Part shown: positions 24,799 to 39,441 of the stretch, in pieces | Numbering within the stretch: the stretch's first letter is position 1 | How the letters are laid out: each line of letters opens with the position of its first letter | Notes under the pieces: generated by a model | The model's database searches: none | What the model saw: only the letters and a program-made list of their open reading frames with translations | Told to the model about the DNA's origin: nothing | Made by a program: the position numbers and the translations under genes | Source: Basidiobolus ranarum | Lineage: Eukaryota | Assembly (NCBI GenBank): GCA_040143965.1 | Contig: JASJQH010006899.1 | Coordinates: forward strand, 1 to 46,356 | DNA length: 46,356 nt | Reading direction: 5' to 3'

Positions 24799-27700
24799 TT
24801 ATTTAAAGAATGTTGTAATCTTTAATTTTAACACTTGTTTCTGTGAATCATGAGGAATCAATGAAATTGCCGCATTTAAATAATCCTTTTGTTCTTGTGA
24901 AAGTACCAATTCAGTAAGATTAGTGAAGTTCTCCATGATTTGAGTAATCAAAATGAATATAGGTTCACTTTCATATTCAATAGGAATGAATTTCAATCCT
25001 TGACATAGTAAGACCATAGTACACAGTAGGAAATCGGAGTGTTGTAGAAATGGTACGATCATATTCTTAAAATCAATAATCAATAAACGTTTCTTTTCGG
25101 ATAATGGAATATTTTTTTTAAACTTACCTTGAGAGTGATTGAGAGGAAATTATAGTTACTATAGGTGAATCTAACACGTGTAGTTACTCGATTAGCCCAG
25201 TATACTATATCCATATTCCAAGCAATGATAGCAAGGTTTGAAAGACCTGTATGTAGTATGGTAAATTGGTTAAAATGGAATCTAGAAAATCGATTAACAT
25301 ATCATCCAACCTTGAGGAGAGATATTTTGAACCAGTGGTGCTATAGATTGTAGTAATTTCTCTGGTATCAAATCATTTTCAAGTATTAACTGTTGAGGGA
25401 GGAGATAACAAAGCCTTTGATACTCCTCAAGTGTACTACTCGAAAGAATATAAACCATCCCTAAGAGTATCGATTTACTAATTACTTTCTCATCACTTTC
25501 CATAGAATCCGGATAAAGTTGCTATAATATACTGTGATAAATAACATGGAACTATTTCTATCTTAACCAGAGTCCACCTTACTTTAACAAAATAAAGAAG
25601 CCAATCATCGGAGATTCTACACGCCTCTAAAATGGTAAAGAGGAACAATAAACGCTTTTTGTATTGGTGGGTATTTGACTTGGTAGTTGTAATTTCAACA
25701 CAATCCCAGTCGGGACAATCCAAAAAGTAGAACTGTTCGAAAGTCGGTGTCCGTTTTGATATAACTTCAAGAGTAGAAGGAAGAGGTAAAGGCGCAAGAG
25801 TTATATAATCATGTCGACTTAAAACTCGAAAAAATGGATTTAAAAGAAGTTGTGTAGTCCAATCTAATGTAGGAAAAGTTAAATTGACTTCAAAAGAACC
25901 GTAAATTCATAGTGTTTACCTAGTTTGGATGTTATGCTGTAGAGTTTCTGTGCACTCGAACCTAGTAAAAGGTTTGATTAGTTTTATAGCTTATAAATCA
26001 AGAATCGCTTTTCTTACGGTAGCTTTTGATGGAATTCTGCAGGCTATCTATGCTTTGCGAGATTGAATCAATCAGCAAGTTTAATGACTGTTTGATGTTT
26101 TGTATGTACTGCACACTGGAAAACAGCGAACGAGAATTATACAATCGACACAATATTGATACCAGCGACAGAGATTTGGTTCGCGTCAACCACCAGAGTA
26201 CATTATCTCCACTAACTTTGAACTCCAAGACTCTGGCAACAGTTTCAAGATGGATCTTTAACAGTACATTATCTTTGAAAACAGTAACAGTTTTCAGGAT
26301 GGGGACAGCACAGTATGATATGTATTCGGCGATGTCCAACAGACAGCTGTTTTCAAAGATTGGTGTTTGCTTATCAGGTTTGATCTAATTATAAGAGATT
26401 GTTAAAATAAGAGAGGTGTTGCCTTCCAAGCATATGTATAGATCATGTGCTAACCTTTAGAGCCTCTATCAAAAATGTGATGGCGTTACGTTGCTCATTT
26501 TCTGACAATTGATCCACTGCCCCTTCTTCAAGTATCGACTTTATCTCCATAACAAGAAGTGAAGGACTATTCACATCTATTCGTAGACTTTCCAAACCTT
26601 CTAGATTACGAAAGATCGCCGATACAAAGTCTGTATAGCCTTTATTTTTTATGACTACCCGCAGTAGTTTTGAAAACAGCTGTTGAGGCGAGAATAAACT
26701 ATACTTACAGAGAAAGAAGTTGAGAATTTAAAGCAATTATCCATTGAAATAATATACATATGCATATACTTACATCCAGTAATGTATTAATAAATCTCTC
26801 ATCTATTGATTGCTCCTTGTCAGGATTACTAGAGGTAATCTTGTTAAAAGTAGTTGTCAATTCTTCATTCAAAAGGCAAATATCGGAAGAATCCTGCGTG
26901 TCCGTGCTGACAGACGAGTAGTTCATTCTTTTGATTCTATTAAAGTATTAACATCCATTCAGTATACAAATAAAGTGAATAGTCAAGATACCTTTGCTGA
27001 AACGCAAAACGAATAAATACACATTTCCTCTCGATAGAGAAGAGACGGAGAATCTTCAAAAAAGAAAATAGATGTTGCTGCGATTTCGAGATTAGTGCTT
27101 TAGCATTTTTAAATTGCGATAGAATCTCTCTTACCTTATTATACGCTTGTACAGTGTCATTAATGTTTCCTTGATTCCAAAATCTAGTGTAGGAGTAACC
27201 TAGAAGCCCCAAAGAATATATATCGGAGTAGCAGCTAATTTAGGTTAGACATAAGATTATCACTCTAGTGATACAATATAGGAACTTACTCATTTGCTAG
27301 CTTTCTGTTGAACCGCTCCCCAACCTTGTTTCGAAGTAGGGAGTAATGCTGCCAACTTTTGTTTCTGACTGACTTCAAGAGTAGATGTTCCTTAAACCGA
27401 GCCATCTCCAAACTTGATTCACAAAGCATTAATCGATGATGTACCCTAGTTTTTTTCATTATCACATTCAAAGAATCATTTTGTTTCGGGGAAACAAGGA
27501 GAGTTTGAATCTTTGAGTCGTTTTGATAACTCTTTGCGATTGATGTGGTCGGGGAATGATGACTTTTTTTGTCATTCAATTTCACCGAATCCCGATCCTT
27601 CTTTAATCTTTTGAAAGCAAAAGATTAATAGTAATTCGTTGAGTGTAGCAATGCTTGTTCATGCAGACCTATCATTCAAAACGTCGGCTAGCTTGCGCTA

Positions 27701-28903
27701 GAAATATCAAAGTAATGTGTTAGCTTCGATATATTCAATTTCCAAGTATAATCCGGAAATCGTCTATAACCATGGCTATATAAGCTTACCCGTTTAACAG
27801 GGCGGGTACACTTGGAATCATAGTTGCTAATTAAACTTTTGATTTGACGATCACATTTCCAACCTTCGATACAAAACCGATAAGTTTAAATCTAAATAAG
27901 CAAACTTTACAGGTGCTAACCATATCTCTGACTGTTACTAGTCATATATCGTAATGTGTTAACGAACTTATTCGCATAGACATGATAATTCTCGGTCTGC
28001 TCTTCAAGTTTCTTTAAAAACGACTCAGCCAGAGGTAGTAATTCACATATCAATGTATCGAGAAAACCGTCTTGACAATCCTCGCTTTCTCTGAGCAAAA
28101 TTTAATACATGGAATGAATACAAGATTTAATGATATCCATTGTGTAGGTCCTGTACATACCGTGATGAAGCAGCAATGTTTTCAATAATCCTATCCCGAG
28201 AGAGGGTGGAAATAGTGGAGTTTTTGGCATTCGTTAGAGATAAAGTGTTGGGAATCACACAAGCGTATGAGTTGAAATTAGTTATGTAGTTCAATTCAGA
28301 AACCTCTTCTCTAATCTCTGCGTGGTTGTGAGCACTACAGTTTGTAAGTTGGGTAGAATAACTCGCCAAGGCATCCAAGACCGATTGAAATACCCATTCA
28401 ACTTTAGAAAATGTCAAATTTGTTAGCAGCCAAGAATGGTTATTCTATAAAGTGTATTGAATTGAAACTACTTGTAAAGTCTAAGGTAAGTGCTTTTAAA
28501 GAAACTATTATTGGTTCTATTTCCAGTTTATCGTGATACTCCCGTGCTCTTGATAAAATGTGACGCACTTGAAGATTTACGACCTTTTGAGCCCAACTTG
28601 GCTGTTCACTAACTAGTTGCTTCCCTATTTTTAAAGCAACCTAGACCGGTTTAAGTATTACTGATTATAAGAAGATCTCTGCGTAGATTACCTGTGGTGG
28701 GAGTTGAGATAAAATTTGCCAAAGCTCTGGTTCTTTATTCTGGGTTTTAACAAGATCACTAAATGCATTTTCGGAGGAACCTAGCGAAAAAAAACCTTGT
28801 TAATTACTTGAAAAGCTGACCCACAGTAAATAGACTAACTTTGATTCAGTCGCCAATCTAAATATGTCTGCCGAAGAGAATGTTCTCCAAATACACTGTG
28901 CAT
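24799..28903 (-). CDS. Large alpha-helical protein (~1000 aa, estimated), uncharacterised; possible remote Gemin4 homolog
   Basis: Chain of minus-strand exons with canonical GT-AG junctions from MHSVFGEHSLRQTYLDW (ATG 28903) to ...LKITTFFK* (24799); Leu/Ile-rich helical composition. Not every internal junction was resolved. Confidence 0.75.
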
Positions 28904-29134
28904 TGGAATATTGAACAAGATTTTAACACAACAACCACTATTAATAATTTTTCGAAACTGAACAAAATAGTAACTCTTAGATTATTCAAAATAATATTTA
29001 GTTAGTGAGGACTGCTTTTACTGTTTAATATTTAAAAGATTAACTAACAATCCGATCTCTACTCAACATTGATTTATTAGGATTACATATTCAACTCGAA
29101 GGCTTATTGAAACACAGAAGTCCGACTCGTTGTT

Positions 29135-32100
29135 ATGTCATATTACCGACCAGATTTTCAACAGCAACAAGCTGCAAAGATACAAGATGACAGCAGTGAA
29201 GAAAGTCTTAGAAGAGTAGAAGGTACAATAGATCCTTTTAAGTAAAAACGCATTAAATCTAACGGCCTCTTTCTCATAAAGATGTACTTAGTCAAGTCCA
29301 ACTCGAATGGCGATTTCTAACTTCTGAAGATGTACGTCTCAGAAATTCTATATTTTTATGAAATATTGTGCCTAATATACCTCAGTTTAATCCTGTGATA
29401 TTAGCTTTGAGTCTGTTAGATAAAAGTTCTTTGGGAAAGGACATTAACGCCTTTAAAGCTCTACTACTTAGACTAGAGACAGCAATGGACGCTGTGGTCA
29501 ATGGTAATACTGATTACTTGCTTTCTGTTGTTTATGTGTCAACCTCATCTCCTTTTTACTACAGAGTACTATCAGGGATTTAATAATTCTACAACAACTT
29601 ATAGCACGGTTAAAGAAAAAATCAAAGGTACAATATTATCCTCTTTACTCTTGACCTTTTACTTATGATTTCCTTTTGCAGAAACCCAGATTCATGTTAA
29701 GAAGATGAAAAACGTAATTCAACAATGTAAAGATTTACTACATGTCCAGCGTTCCGACTTGGTTAAGTTATGGGCGCGTAGTAATACCTACAAAGAAATG
29801 ATACGAATTCTTGACGTTATGTAAGAATTCCAAATATCCCATCTTCCAACTTAATTACTCGAAATCTAAGCATTGCACGTAATATTCATGGATATAGCGA
29901 GGATTTGAAAAAAGTACCTGATGAGATTGAAGAGCTGATACATCGTAAACACTATTATACTGCGACCACTCGCCTTCTAAAGTCACTTGAGATAGCTAAT
30001 GAAGAGGATATGCTTAAAATCAATGCACTAGAGGATTTAAGACATTATCTTCAAAACATGAAGAATGTAAGGATATTTCTAAAAGTGACGAGTGGATATG
30101 GCACACTAATGCTTACATATCAATAGACATTGCACGAAGTCTTGACTGAGGAACTCCACAACCACATCTACCTGAAAACCACCTATAGTCGAGACAGAAC
30201 TACTAAAGACATCGAAAATGATTATGGAGGTAATGGATTTTGTATTTCCTGTATTGTTGACACACAATTATTCAATGACCTTCCTTATATGCTTAGTGTA
30301 AGAATCCAATTAGAGCTTATCAGTGAATCTTTAGTTATAAGTTGCTTTTAATTCAGCATTGATATCGCGAAATATTCCGATAAGCAACGGGCTCAGGGTA
30401 ATGGCCACGAGGATCCCAACAAAGAAGAAAAAACTGAAGACACTGAGCAAAGTGACGAGTATTATGTAGGATATTCCATGGAATTGTTCTGTCAACCTAG
30501 TTCGTTAACCAGATATTTCTACCTCGATGTTTAGGTGACTGATGATCTAGATGTTGACCCAGAAACAGATTCCTTTGGTTATACCGAAACACTCTTGGAG
30601 ACGCTCTGTGTTTTGGGAAAGCTTCCTAGCGCTTTGGAGGTTGGTATTGGTATGGACTGTAATGAAAATATGCTGACAAGTACTTGTAGTCTATTCAGCA
30701 ACGCGTTCCGATTGAGCTGTATCAACTAGTTGATAGAATTGTTGACGAAGTGGATAGCAGGTACTTTCATTTAGTCTGAGATTTGAATTCAACACAACCT
30801 CACATAGTGCATACTCTAGAGCCAAGAGAGAGGTTTCTCTTTTTAATCCAGAGAAAAGATATACACTTCTTGCCAGTGGTGGACTTCAAGCCATTCAACA
30901 AGCTGAAAACGAGATGTCTAATCGAATCTTGCGAGATTTCACCATCTCGCTTTATTCGAAACTCGAGAGTATGCTCGAGTATCACAAATTTGTTTTGGAT
31001 GTTTCTGCTAAGATCCAAAAGGTACCCATCTCCTAACTTTGTCACAGTCGATAATCTAACACTAAAATCTTACACTTATTTCCAGAGAAACAAAGCAACT
31101 GAAGGTTAGCAAGCTCATGTCCATGTTGTTCTTGTACTAAAACTCACTGTTTACTTCTCTTACAGACGGTTTAAGCTCCTATTCTTTCAAGGAAGTTTGG
31201 ATGTCGGTCCAGAGTGAAGTAAAGTCTCTGTCTAGTTCTTGATCGTTAACTTAGTGCTTATCAATATGTTCCAACTCAGGTCAAATCTATGCTATACGAC
31301 TATCTGATAGATACTCAGAAAGCGACCTCAATTCATAAATCGATCCCTTCTGTACGTGATATGCTCAAGAATGGGTCCCAGATTCGCGACCGCAACAAGG
31401 TACTTTTCAATATTCTTACTCAAGTCAATTTAAATACCTCCTTTACAACGTCATATATTAGCAACTTTTCCAACTTGGGGAATCCGTGGCCAAAATCTCG
31501 GCTGCCACTATGTATCAACATGTTGAATCCACTATATTGAAAAAGCTGAATACAACTGGGAAGGCCAGCAGCATAGAAAATACCGACCCTATTGGCTTCA
31601 CTTCTGTTATCAATGACAAGTTTGCCAATACTGGAATTGCTACTGGTCATCGTTTACTCGTTCAACCAGATGTCTACCATGTATCAATTGTGATCAAACC
31701 TACGTTAAATTTCCTGGATCGACTCAAAGAAGTGCTTCCCACAGGGTAACAGAGAATTGCCAATAACCCTGCATCTACTTTCTTCTAAACTCTTCGTCAT
31801 AACTTAGAATAAGCGAAACTTCGGATTTCAACGAGTTCCTGGATGATTTCATTGTAACCGTATTCTTGCCTAGAATGGAAGAGCGGGTGATGGAAAGCTT
31901 TACAAACTTCACTGATGGTAAAGTTCCAAGAACGAATCATAACAAGTATTTGTTGGTTAACCTTTTGTTTAGTCAGCGACAGTTTCCATGTTGATCCGGA
32001 TTTCAGAGATTATTCACAATACCCACTATTTAAAGTACGTGTCTAGCATATCCTCCAATTCAAACCACACACTTAACTTGAGGTTATTTAGAGTGCCACC

Positions 32101-33824
32101 ACTTTGGTTTCTATGGTTAACAACCTATGCGAATTGCTGTACGATATGCCCTTCCATCAAAAAGAATATATAGCTGTGATTGAGATGCTGCTTAAGAAAT
32201 ACCGAGAAAAATGTTTCGCACGCTTTAAAGGTAACCCACGAATGTTTAATTTGGAATACCAAGCAGCTTAGCTAATCCCATAATGTCCAGCTACGGTCAC
32301 CAACGGCTCTAACCATATCGACGAAGCTGATCGTTCCGTTCTCATAAGTGCAATGTGGGCTGAGAATGAGGAGATTGTATCACTATTAAAGCAAAACTGT
32401 TGTCTCAGCAAATCAAAGGTTATCAGTGTATTCAATGAATCAGTGGATTACTGTCTTGCTAACGATGCATACTCCTGTAGGAATCGGAACCGGAAATTGA
32501 TGAGAATCTCCTTCGTCAAGTAAGGCGATGTCGTACTATATTCCATTCATTCCATCAAACCATTTACCCTCCTTGTCTTTTCTCAGGAGATTATGCTTGA
32601 AACTAAACTCAAAAAAGAGCGCTCCCTTCACCCTAGTGAGCTAGTTGTTGATAGCAAAAAACTGAAATTCCTGGCCACTCTTCATCATACTCTGGTATTG
32701 CTGGTTATTCGTTACGTTTAAATGAATCCTTCTAATCACATGTCATTTTTGCACTGTAATAGATGTGGCTGGTGGATAGAATTAATGCGTTGAAACAGGA
32801 CAATCATACTGAACATATTCCTCTTGGGGAATCTATAGATGTATGTTTTCATATTATTCTCCGGGATGATTTTTTTATTGACACTTCTGCTCTTCTGATA
32901 TTTAGAATTTACCAAATGGACAGAAGGGATCCCCCTCACTCACCGGCGAATCATTCCAGTAAATCACCCAGTATTCTGTGATCATTATTTTACAAAGCTA
33001 ATTACTTTTTACACAGGAATTTCGTCACAATATTGGATGAATTTCAACAACTTGCAGAGACATGCCTCTTCATGTTGCATATCGAGTTCCGTTGTCAATC
33101 TATGTATTATTTAGACCTTGCCACCAGAGAGGTTTGTGGATTCTTTTCCCTCGAATCTCGTTACTTTTACTAATGGAAACTTGCAGGGAAATTACTATCT
33201 AAATGAAACAGCCCACGAGCCTGACTCGTACATAGTCACCTTAAATACAACCTTGGTAAATTTTGAAGAGTGCATGACTGAAACTTTGCCGTTGAACGAG
33301 ATAAGGTAACATAACATGCAATCATCCATATATTAATCAACATTCACAAGAATTTCAAATAATTTACAACGATTCTAGTTTCGTATTCAATGGATTATCT
33401 TATCTCATGAGTCATGTACTTATAACCAACATAAGATACATCAAACAAATGAATTCAGCTGGTATTAGTAAGATGATACGAAATATCTTAGCGTTAAAGC
33501 AAAACCTTGCCAATATCGCATTACCTCATGGAAATGGGTTGGACGAAGCCAAGAAATATTATGAACTTATTGGACTCTCACCACAGGTTTGATTTCTCTC
33601 TATTGATCCTTGCAATTATCATTCCATTGTTAAAAAAAAGTCCCCTTTCTTAGGAACTTATACAATATGCTGGTGAACATATTCATTCATTCACATTTGA
33701 ACAATACAAGTATCTATTGGATTTAATCGAGGAAAATAATCAATTTCATGAAGTATCAGATGATGACCAAAATCCCCATCGAAATTACGTTCGTGAACTC
33801 TATGAATGTACAATCTCCACTTGA
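29135..33824 (+). CDS. SEC8: Exocyst complex component Sec8/EXOC4, many exons
   Basis: FNPVILALSLLDKSSLGK, YYQGFNNS, LHEVLTEELHNHIYLKT, DPETDSFGYTETLLETL, GHRLLVQPDVYH, LHIEFRCQSMYYLD, SKMIRNILALKQNL. Confidence 0.9.
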
Positions 33825-33922
33825 GGTCCCATTTCAATGAAATAATGAGCATATCGGAATTCTCTAGTGATCATCATGGTTTATTGTGTATTGTAACCAA
33901 GGAAAATAAACACTAAATTCAT

Positions 33923-36900
33923 TCAATCCAAAATAATTATCATCCCAATTCCCGATATACATTGAAATACTAACCACATCACTTCGTAAAGATAACGTGG
34001 TGAAAAGACGGTCCAGATGAAAAGGTGAGTTCGAAGGATAGTTACTGCTAGTGAAAGTGCGAGTGAAGATACCAATTGGAAGGTACAGTGTGTAAAAAGA
34101 ATCACTAGGATACTCGAGTGCTTGATGGTTCTATTACATTCATTACTCTTGCCAATGTCAATTCGAAACCGTGTACCGTCCAATGTAATAAGAACGGTGG
34201 CAAGTGACCACCATAACGGTCCAGCACATGTACTCAAAAATGTCAGGATTCCTACCAAGGCCATATTGTAGTTGTCTAAGCCAATATACGAATTACTCAA
34301 ATCCACCGAGGCGAGTGAGTTAGAGTTTCCTAGAGCAAAAAAGGCCATTCTTCCTAATGCTAACAGCACGACGCCATCTGTCCATAGATTCTCGAGGCCA
34401 ATATGTCTACTATAGTGTGATCTCCAGAAACGGTAGATGGATAATTGTATGTAAAAGAGAAGAAATAGTGGCGCATTATGAGAGCGAGACAACAGGATAA
34501 ACAGTAATGACCATGATATCTGAATCATACGAGGATAAAAAACTAGAAGAGTTGCGTTGTAATATTCACAAGTTAATACTAATTTCCTCCCAATGCTTAT
34601 TATATGATAGAAAGAACTTACCACGTAGGGAGTTTGATTGGAAAGGAGCTGGTCTTATACGGTACAACACACATGAAACTACAGTTACTAACAGTATTAG
34701 AAGGTACGATATCTTAGCTAGTGAATTGAAGTTGATCTCCAACAACGCTGGGCTTAATTCCCTCAATATTGCCGAGCATATTTGAGAGTTTTCATTTGCT
34801 CTAAGCTTATACAACCCAATGGTGAATGAAATGGCCACGATGCTCAACAAGATGCATATTCGTGCACATGAGTTCAAATAGCTAGACTTGTAACCGTTTG
34901 TCCTTGGAATGCGAGTCAAGAAGTACTCTCGAATAGCTAAGAAATTAAATGTGAGTAAAGTTATTCCGAACAAAGCCCATGAGACACCTTCGTAGTCTCT
35001 TGTAAGGTAATGACGAAGATCAATATTTGCGGCATATTTTTGACCTGTTAATCTAATAAATTAGCAAGAACTCACATTCGATGAACCCCACTTTAATCAA
35101 ATACAATACCAGTTTGGTTCCAAAATCTAATAACTCGAATCAGAGCCATCTGGCAAAAAGTGAGCATAGGCATACGCCACACTTGAGTTGTAGATGGGCC
35201 ATTGTTAGCCAAAGCAAATAAGCTAGTATATCGTATTAGTAACTCTTATTACTTGGCAAATCAATGTTATTGTGGATGGGATCTACCTCTTGAGTGTTTG
35301 TAAGAGCCATATTGAGTTTAACAAATAGTACCAGAACTGATGCTCTTCTTCGACAAAACTACTGGCGAACATGGTTGCAGCGTAGGTAACCATCATTACC
35401 AATAAGAACCCCTTCTCCAAGGGCCATCCTGACTCTGTATGTAACTTCATAAAATGAACTTTGAACAGGGACACATCAGGAGATCTTAATCTCAGCACCT
35501 GGATTCCTATCACAACTAAGACCGCGGCCAGCATAAATCCTAGTCCAACATACATAGAAAAGGTATCATAATTGCTGAATATCGAAGACAGCGACGAAAT
35601 AGCTTTATGGAGAAACTAAAGAGTTCGATTTGTTAGGACGTCGACTTGAAGTTAATCCAATAGTGAACGTTACCTCAGAATAGGCATCCAATGCCTGTTG
35701 GTAATTCGGTAAACCAGTTATATCTCGATGATGAATCGTTGCCCAAGAATACAAGCATTCCAATTGAAACTGTGTATCTCCCTCACAAACACTAGGAGGC
35801 TCTTCGTGTACTTTAAACGAGGGCCAAACAGAAAGCAACACTTTTTGCACTTGATACGCGTTGATCTGTAATAATCGAAGAATTTCTGACTCTAATTGAA
35901 AAGTAAGTATGCATACTAGCCACAAGATTATAGCTTTAAAACTTACGACTAGACTTGGTGAATAGGTCAACAATCATGTTCCCTAAGCTGTTCTTTGGAA
36001 TGGGAACGCCAAGTAATAGGGCTAAGGTAGGAACAATATCGATCTGATTGATGCGATTATAAAATTGATAGGGTTCGGCTTCTATTGCAGTGGATTTGAC
36101 ATACTGAAAATCGAAATGTGGACTAATGAATGCCATCGCCTACAGTAGATTGTTAGTGTTAGCAACACACAACTGGAGGCCATACAATAGAAATACCGCT
36201 GAGGTTTCGCCTGCAGAGGAGCCACCATGGTTACCCATCTAAAATTCAACTACTGAGTGTCTAGCTTTGCATGTTTGTACCCGCTCTCTAATTTACCTCA
36301 TTCATACCGTGATCACCACATAAAACAAACAGAGTTCGAGTGGAAGATTTGGCATCAGAGCTAACTATACCATTATAAATGGTCTCAACAACTTCATCCA
36401 TTTCTTTTTGCTTAAGTGCCATCAACGGACTATACAAGTACGGAGGTATGAGATCGTAAGTTGATGTTTTGATGCGTTCTAAATATCATTGATTACCTTG
36501 AAGGACCACTGGAATGTCCTATATGATCCAAGCCTAAGTAGTGAAGAATTAGCACGTCCCATTCCGCACTTTCTAATTCAGGACCGACGTGTCTCGTAAC
36601 ATTTACATCCACTTCCACAGTATCCTATACGATTACTACGATCTTAATACTACATTCGACATAGATTCGAGGTGTAACTATTACGTGAAACACTAACCGC
36701 AACAAAGAATGATGACGTTCCCTCACTCTTCGCGAACATCTCTGGGAAAAGTCTCATCCAAGTGTCATCGCCATAAAAATGGATTTTTTTGTCTTTAGTC
36801 TTTTTCAATTGAGTTAGCCAACTATCTTGATGGGAAAGTGAAGAACTATCGGATTCAGCTATATTAAATACAGCGTCTAAGAAATTCGGGACGGTTCCTT

Positions 36901-37454
36901 AAATGATAAGGTAAGTAACTTCATGGGTGGTGATTCCGATCTGGATTCTATAATATATACCAGTAGTTAAAGCTTTCAAACGTGGAAGCGTGACGGTGGG
37001 AGCAGTTGCAATCGCCGTATAAGGTAAAGCTTTACCGGTTTTGATCAACCTATTTGAAAAATAAGATTAAATTTACCAATACGTATGCAGATTTCCTCTT
37101 TTTAAAACGAGTACTTACTCTTGAGCAAACTTCATTTGGGAATCCTCAGAAAATACAAAGTCGCTGAGTATAGTATACGAAGCTAAGTATTTAGTAATAA
37201 CCTGAGGTATTTAACTTGTCTCACCTGCGTAAAGCATCTACCAACATGAATACAAGTTTATCGAATTGAGGCTTTGGTAATATGTCGCTATCATTTTGAC
37301 TGTTGGCTGTCTCGAAAAGAGGTGGAAGATCGGATAGCTCAGTAAATCCGGTCAAGTTCGTTTTAAACGGAAAAAATCCTTGCACAAAGAAGTAAAATCC
37401 GGTTGTTAGAAGTCCATATAGCGCTAGAAGAAAAGGAAGGTTCTGAAGTTTCAT
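33923..37454 (-). CDS. GPI7: GPI ethanolamine phosphate transferase 2 (Gpi7/PIG-G), multi-exon
   Basis: FVQGFFPFK, FMLVDALR, APTVTLPRLKALTTG, LHYLGLDHIGH, DHGMN...GNHGGSSAGET, QIDIVPTLA, ASSFVEEEHQFWYY, GNSNSLASVDLS, LRTHLFIWTVFSPRYLY. Confidence 0.92.
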
Positions 37455-37842
37455 GGTTATTTAGTGCACTCGCAAAGAATACGTCTTTGCTAAGTGGCAT
37501 TTGAAATTATGCTAGAACCTCACATTATTAAAGCACAATTTAAAAATCTCATGTAGGAAGTTGATTGATCGTTAGGGAAGCAAAACACAGATCAGTAGGG
37601 TTAGGGTTGAAAGCTTTGACCAAAACCATCAAGATTAATCAATCTCTCAAAAAGCGCACAAAATGATGTTCTTCGGTTGTTCTTTCCATAAATGTCAATA
37701 AGCCCACAAAATGATGTTACGTATTTATTCTAGTAAGAACATTGCTATCCATTATAATAATAATAATGGCGTCGTCTTGCCTTGAGAAATGTCACATCAC
37801 TATCTGTGTTTTATACACAGCATCAATGTATAATTGGTTTGT

Positions 37843-39072
37843 TTAGGCTTTTGTCTGTTGAGAAGGGTCTAGCTCAACAATTTCTATGCGAGTCAAAGAT
37901 GGATCAGGCCCTGGCATAACGCTAACAACCCAGTTTGGATCGCTAAGTAGAGAAATATCATCCTTCTTCCAGGTAGGGATTTTCTAAAAATGAGGAAATC
38001 CACATCATGAGTATCAAATGAAAGACTAAAAGTACCTGCTGCGCCTCACCTTACGGATACCGATGTATGGCTCCTCTTGGGATGTGTACTCTTTAATTAG
38101 ATAAGAGGTATCAAACGCATGGTATATCCTAGTGTCATTAACACGGAAAAGAACGTCGTCGACGCGAAGGAAAAACCGTTGAAGAATAAAAAATCCAGAA
38201 GGCATAACACGCTTCAAATAAATATGTTAAAAAATGTTCATCGAAGAGTTCGATACAATTTCAACCACATCTTACTATCTTAACACTAAGAATGGCACTT
38301 CCATTGTCTGCAAGTTCATCCTCATATAGGACTAGATGGTCATAAAACAATATAGGCTCAGGATTTTTCAACTTCTCAATATCGATAGTTTTGGTCGTAT
38401 TATGAAAGGCAAACTAATTGTTCATTCATTTGTTAGTTGAAGTACTCCGTGAAAAGCAGAGACGATATTGGAACTTACATTTGAAGAGACCTGTGTTCCA
38501 TCATAATTAGTAGTATATGTCCAATCGAAAGGGTTGATAACTCCTTTTACATCTTGTGTCTTGTCTCTATAAAGAGTGTCAATATATAACATTTCAATAT
38601 CCAATACTAAACATTGATTACCTTTTTTCGGTCCAGTGTTGAGCATAGGCGACACTAATAAGTCCGGCACTTTCTGCGGAATTACCAACTCGTTTAAGAG
38701 CATCCAATGCCTTAAAAGTGTAAGAGAATCCTTGAGAATGCTCAAGAAGTAAATGGTTGTTTCCAAACATCATTTCGGGTAATGGTATCCCAAGAATGGC
38801 CGAGTCACTAGATATATGATAATAATAGTCAGTGGGTTGGTGAGTTTCTAAGTATTTTAAGTTCAATGTATTCATAAAAAAAAGCTACAAATTTGAGTTA
38901 TTGAAAGAACAATAGTTTACCGAGTGATTTCGGCTGAATCCAAAATAGGTTGCTTTCGTGAAGTAATGGTCCAGTTTAAAATCTTTATTCCCTGTATACC
39001 ATTTTCTTTGATAAGTTCGAAGATAGGTACATCTTTGGACTTTAAGTTGTGTGGAGAAGGCTGTGTCGCCAT
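37843..39072 (-). CDS. TIP41: TIP41/TIPRL PP2A regulator, multi-exon
   Basis: [73 protein letters not shown]. Confidence 0.95.
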
Positions 39073-39441
39073 TTTCTAAAGGAATATATACTTACTCAAA
39101 GTGGTTGGCATAGAAATAAATAAAAGAAAACTCAGAACAATTTCTGATCATTCTTGAAACAGTACTCAATCATCATGAATTGGATTTTCTAAAGTTCACG
39201 TGACTATTTGGGTACTTGTGGCTTGGTAGTTAAAACTATTTAAAAGATTTTTTGATGTGTCAAAATTGAAGATAATAATTTAATTGCAAGCGAAACTATT
39301 ATATGGACAAAGGTTTATTTGTTACGATATGATGATTACTTATATACATCGCCATTTTGTTAACTATATATGCTTACGAGCTTTTGCACATCCATTTACT
39401 AAGAATAATCCGATATAGTTCAATGTGTAGGAGTCTTACAC

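Noticed and set aside
39196-39204. E-box TCACGTGAC upstream of TIP41 (also CACGTG at ~10538 and ~22403)
   Set aside because: Common bHLH-type promoter motifs; plausible but unremarkable and not verifiable from sequence alone.
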